Positions 63,095 to 64,000 of a stretch of DNA of 64,000 nucleotides are shown here, one piece after another. The translations under genes were made by a program, and so were the position numbers. Source of the DNA: an uncultured Christensenellaceae bacterium (lineage in GTDB: Bacteria; Bacillota; Clostridia; Christensenellales; UBA3700); contig CALWHB010000003.1 of assembly GCA_944380275.1 (NCBI GenBank), forward strand, positions 12,901 through 76,900, in the 5' to 3' direction. The notes beneath the pieces are model-generated. The model was not told where the DNA came from. It searched no databases and saw only the letters and a list, made by a program, of their open reading frames with translations. The stretch's first letter is position 1, and every line of letters begins with the position of its first letter.

Positions 63095-64000
63095 TCAGAC
63101 ACTTTTCGCACCTGAGCTTTTTTGCAACGATTGCTCATCTATGCCTTTCACTTTTTTCATTGCAACGGCGATAAATATAAATGCGAAAACCGATGTGGCT
63201 ACTTCTGCAACAATAAACGACCACCACACAAACGTCGGGTCGGAAGAACGTGTAAAAATATACGCAACAGGCAATAAAAACACAACAAGCCTCATTAATG
63301 ACAATACAAGCGGCATTATAGAATAGCCTAATCCCTGCAACACCCCCTGCACTGCAATGCTTACTCCCATAAAAACATAGCTTATCGTAGCAATTCTCAT
63401 TACTTTAACGCAAGCCTCTTCAAGCCGGACAGATTCATCTGTACCCGCCATCCCGAAAACCTTTGAGAGTTGCACAGCAAATATCTGAAACAATACGCTG
63501 ATAACTATGCTTACCAGTACCGTATCAGCAATGCCAAAAACCGCTCCTTGCGCAACCCTGCGCTTATCTCCCATACCATAATTGAAAGCAACCGCTGACA
63601 TTATTGCGTTGCTCATACCGAAAGAGGCAAACAAAGCTATCTGCTGAATTTTATAATATATTCCGAAAGCACCCTTGAGCAAATCTGCCATATCGCCGGC
63701 GACAGAAAGTATCAATGTAAAAGCAAACATCATTACTGACAAAAGGACCTGCATAACCGCTGCGGTTATTCCTACGGAATATATACCTTTTATTATCCTC
63801 CACGAAGGTTTGAGATACTTCAGAGAATTTTTAACTTCTTTGTTTTTGACGTAATGAAAAATCATCGCGGTAAGAAGTGAAACGACTTGACCTATTACCG
63901 TCGCCCATGCTGCACCTGCCACGCCCATATTGCAAGGATATATAAATAACCAGTCAAGAATTACGTTTGTCAGCGCACCAAGTATCTGCGAAAACATTGA
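63095..64000 (-). CDS. MATE family efflux transporter, C-terminal part (N-terminus lies beyond the window)
   Basis: VILDWLFIYPCNMGVAGAAWATVIGQVVSL and later TM segments are typical of the second MATE half. The frame is open to the window edge. Confidence 0.85.
   Translation of the reverse strand, partial: SMFSQILGALTNVILDWLFIYPCNMGVAGAAWATVIGQVVSLLTAMIFHYVKNKEVKNSLKYLKPSWRIIKGIYSVGITAAVMQVLLSVMMFAFTLILSVAGDMADLLKGAFGIYYKIQQIALFASFGMSNAIMSAVAFNYGMGDKRRVAQGAVFGIADTVLVSIVISVLFQIFAVQLSKVFGMAGTDESVRLEEACVKVMRIATISYVFMGVSIAVQGVLQGLGYSIMPLVLSLMRLVVFLLPVAYIFTRSSDPTFVWWSFIVAEVATSVFAFIFIAVAMKKVKGIDEQSLQKSSGAKSV

Noticed and set aside
1-64000. A search by eye for CRISPR arrays, tRNA/rRNA genes, riboswitches (including preQ1 upstream of the queH operon), transposases, integrases, toxin-antitoxin pairs and recognisable defence genes.
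   Set aside because: I recognised none of these. Apart from the 0.8 kb leader, the intergenic regions are short and are accounted for by promoters and terminators. The queH operon leader is only ~25 nt. A covariance-model scan (Infernal/tRNAscan) would be needed to exclude small RNAs formally.

Overview
This is a Firmicutes/Clostridia-like chromosomal segment of roughly mid-40s %GC by eye. It is densely coded, and many genes are translationally coupled.

I saw no rRNA, tRNA, CRISPR array, transposase, integrase or phage genes.

**Recognisable content, in window order**
- a Wzz-like membrane protein that runs off the left edge
- an operon of an SCP2-like protein, two degenerate Fe-ADH-fold paralogues and QueH
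- DUF2804
- an MFS transporter
- a divergent AraC regulator / GH36 alpha-galactosidase pair
- a CoA-transferase
- a divergent DegV / TetR pair
- a GPH transporter
- a glycerol operon: GlpA-like flavoprotein, second flavoprotein, DUF1667, GlpK
- an operon of an MFS/GPH transporter, a lipoprotein and a GH20 hexosaminidase
- two coupled membrane proteins, one with a zinc ribbon
- DUF378, DUF951, signal peptidase I, and the ACT (UPF0237) / UPF0210 pair
- rubrerythrin
- a Gx-transporter followed by rnfCDGEAB
- a cluster with a BcrR-like membrane XRE regulator
- a partial MATE transporter at the right edge

**Most striking feature**
A 19.4 kb bicistronic operon (10564..29944, minus strand) takes up 30% of the window and encodes two giant membrane-anchored surface proteins.
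- The upstream gene encodes a 3,381-aa lipoprotein. It is built mostly from nine diverged copies of a ~290-aa module that I cannot assign to any adhesin domain family I know.
- The downstream gene encodes a 3,072-aa protein with a GLUG-like region, about two dozen MBG-type repeats, an FN3 domain and a C-terminal membrane anchor.
- The operon is preceded by an ~0.8 kb AT-rich non-coding leader.

**Method and limits**
Several ORF-track starts were moved to downstream ATGs preceded by a Shine-Dalgarno (SD) sequence. All family calls come from motif recognition by eye, not from database searches.
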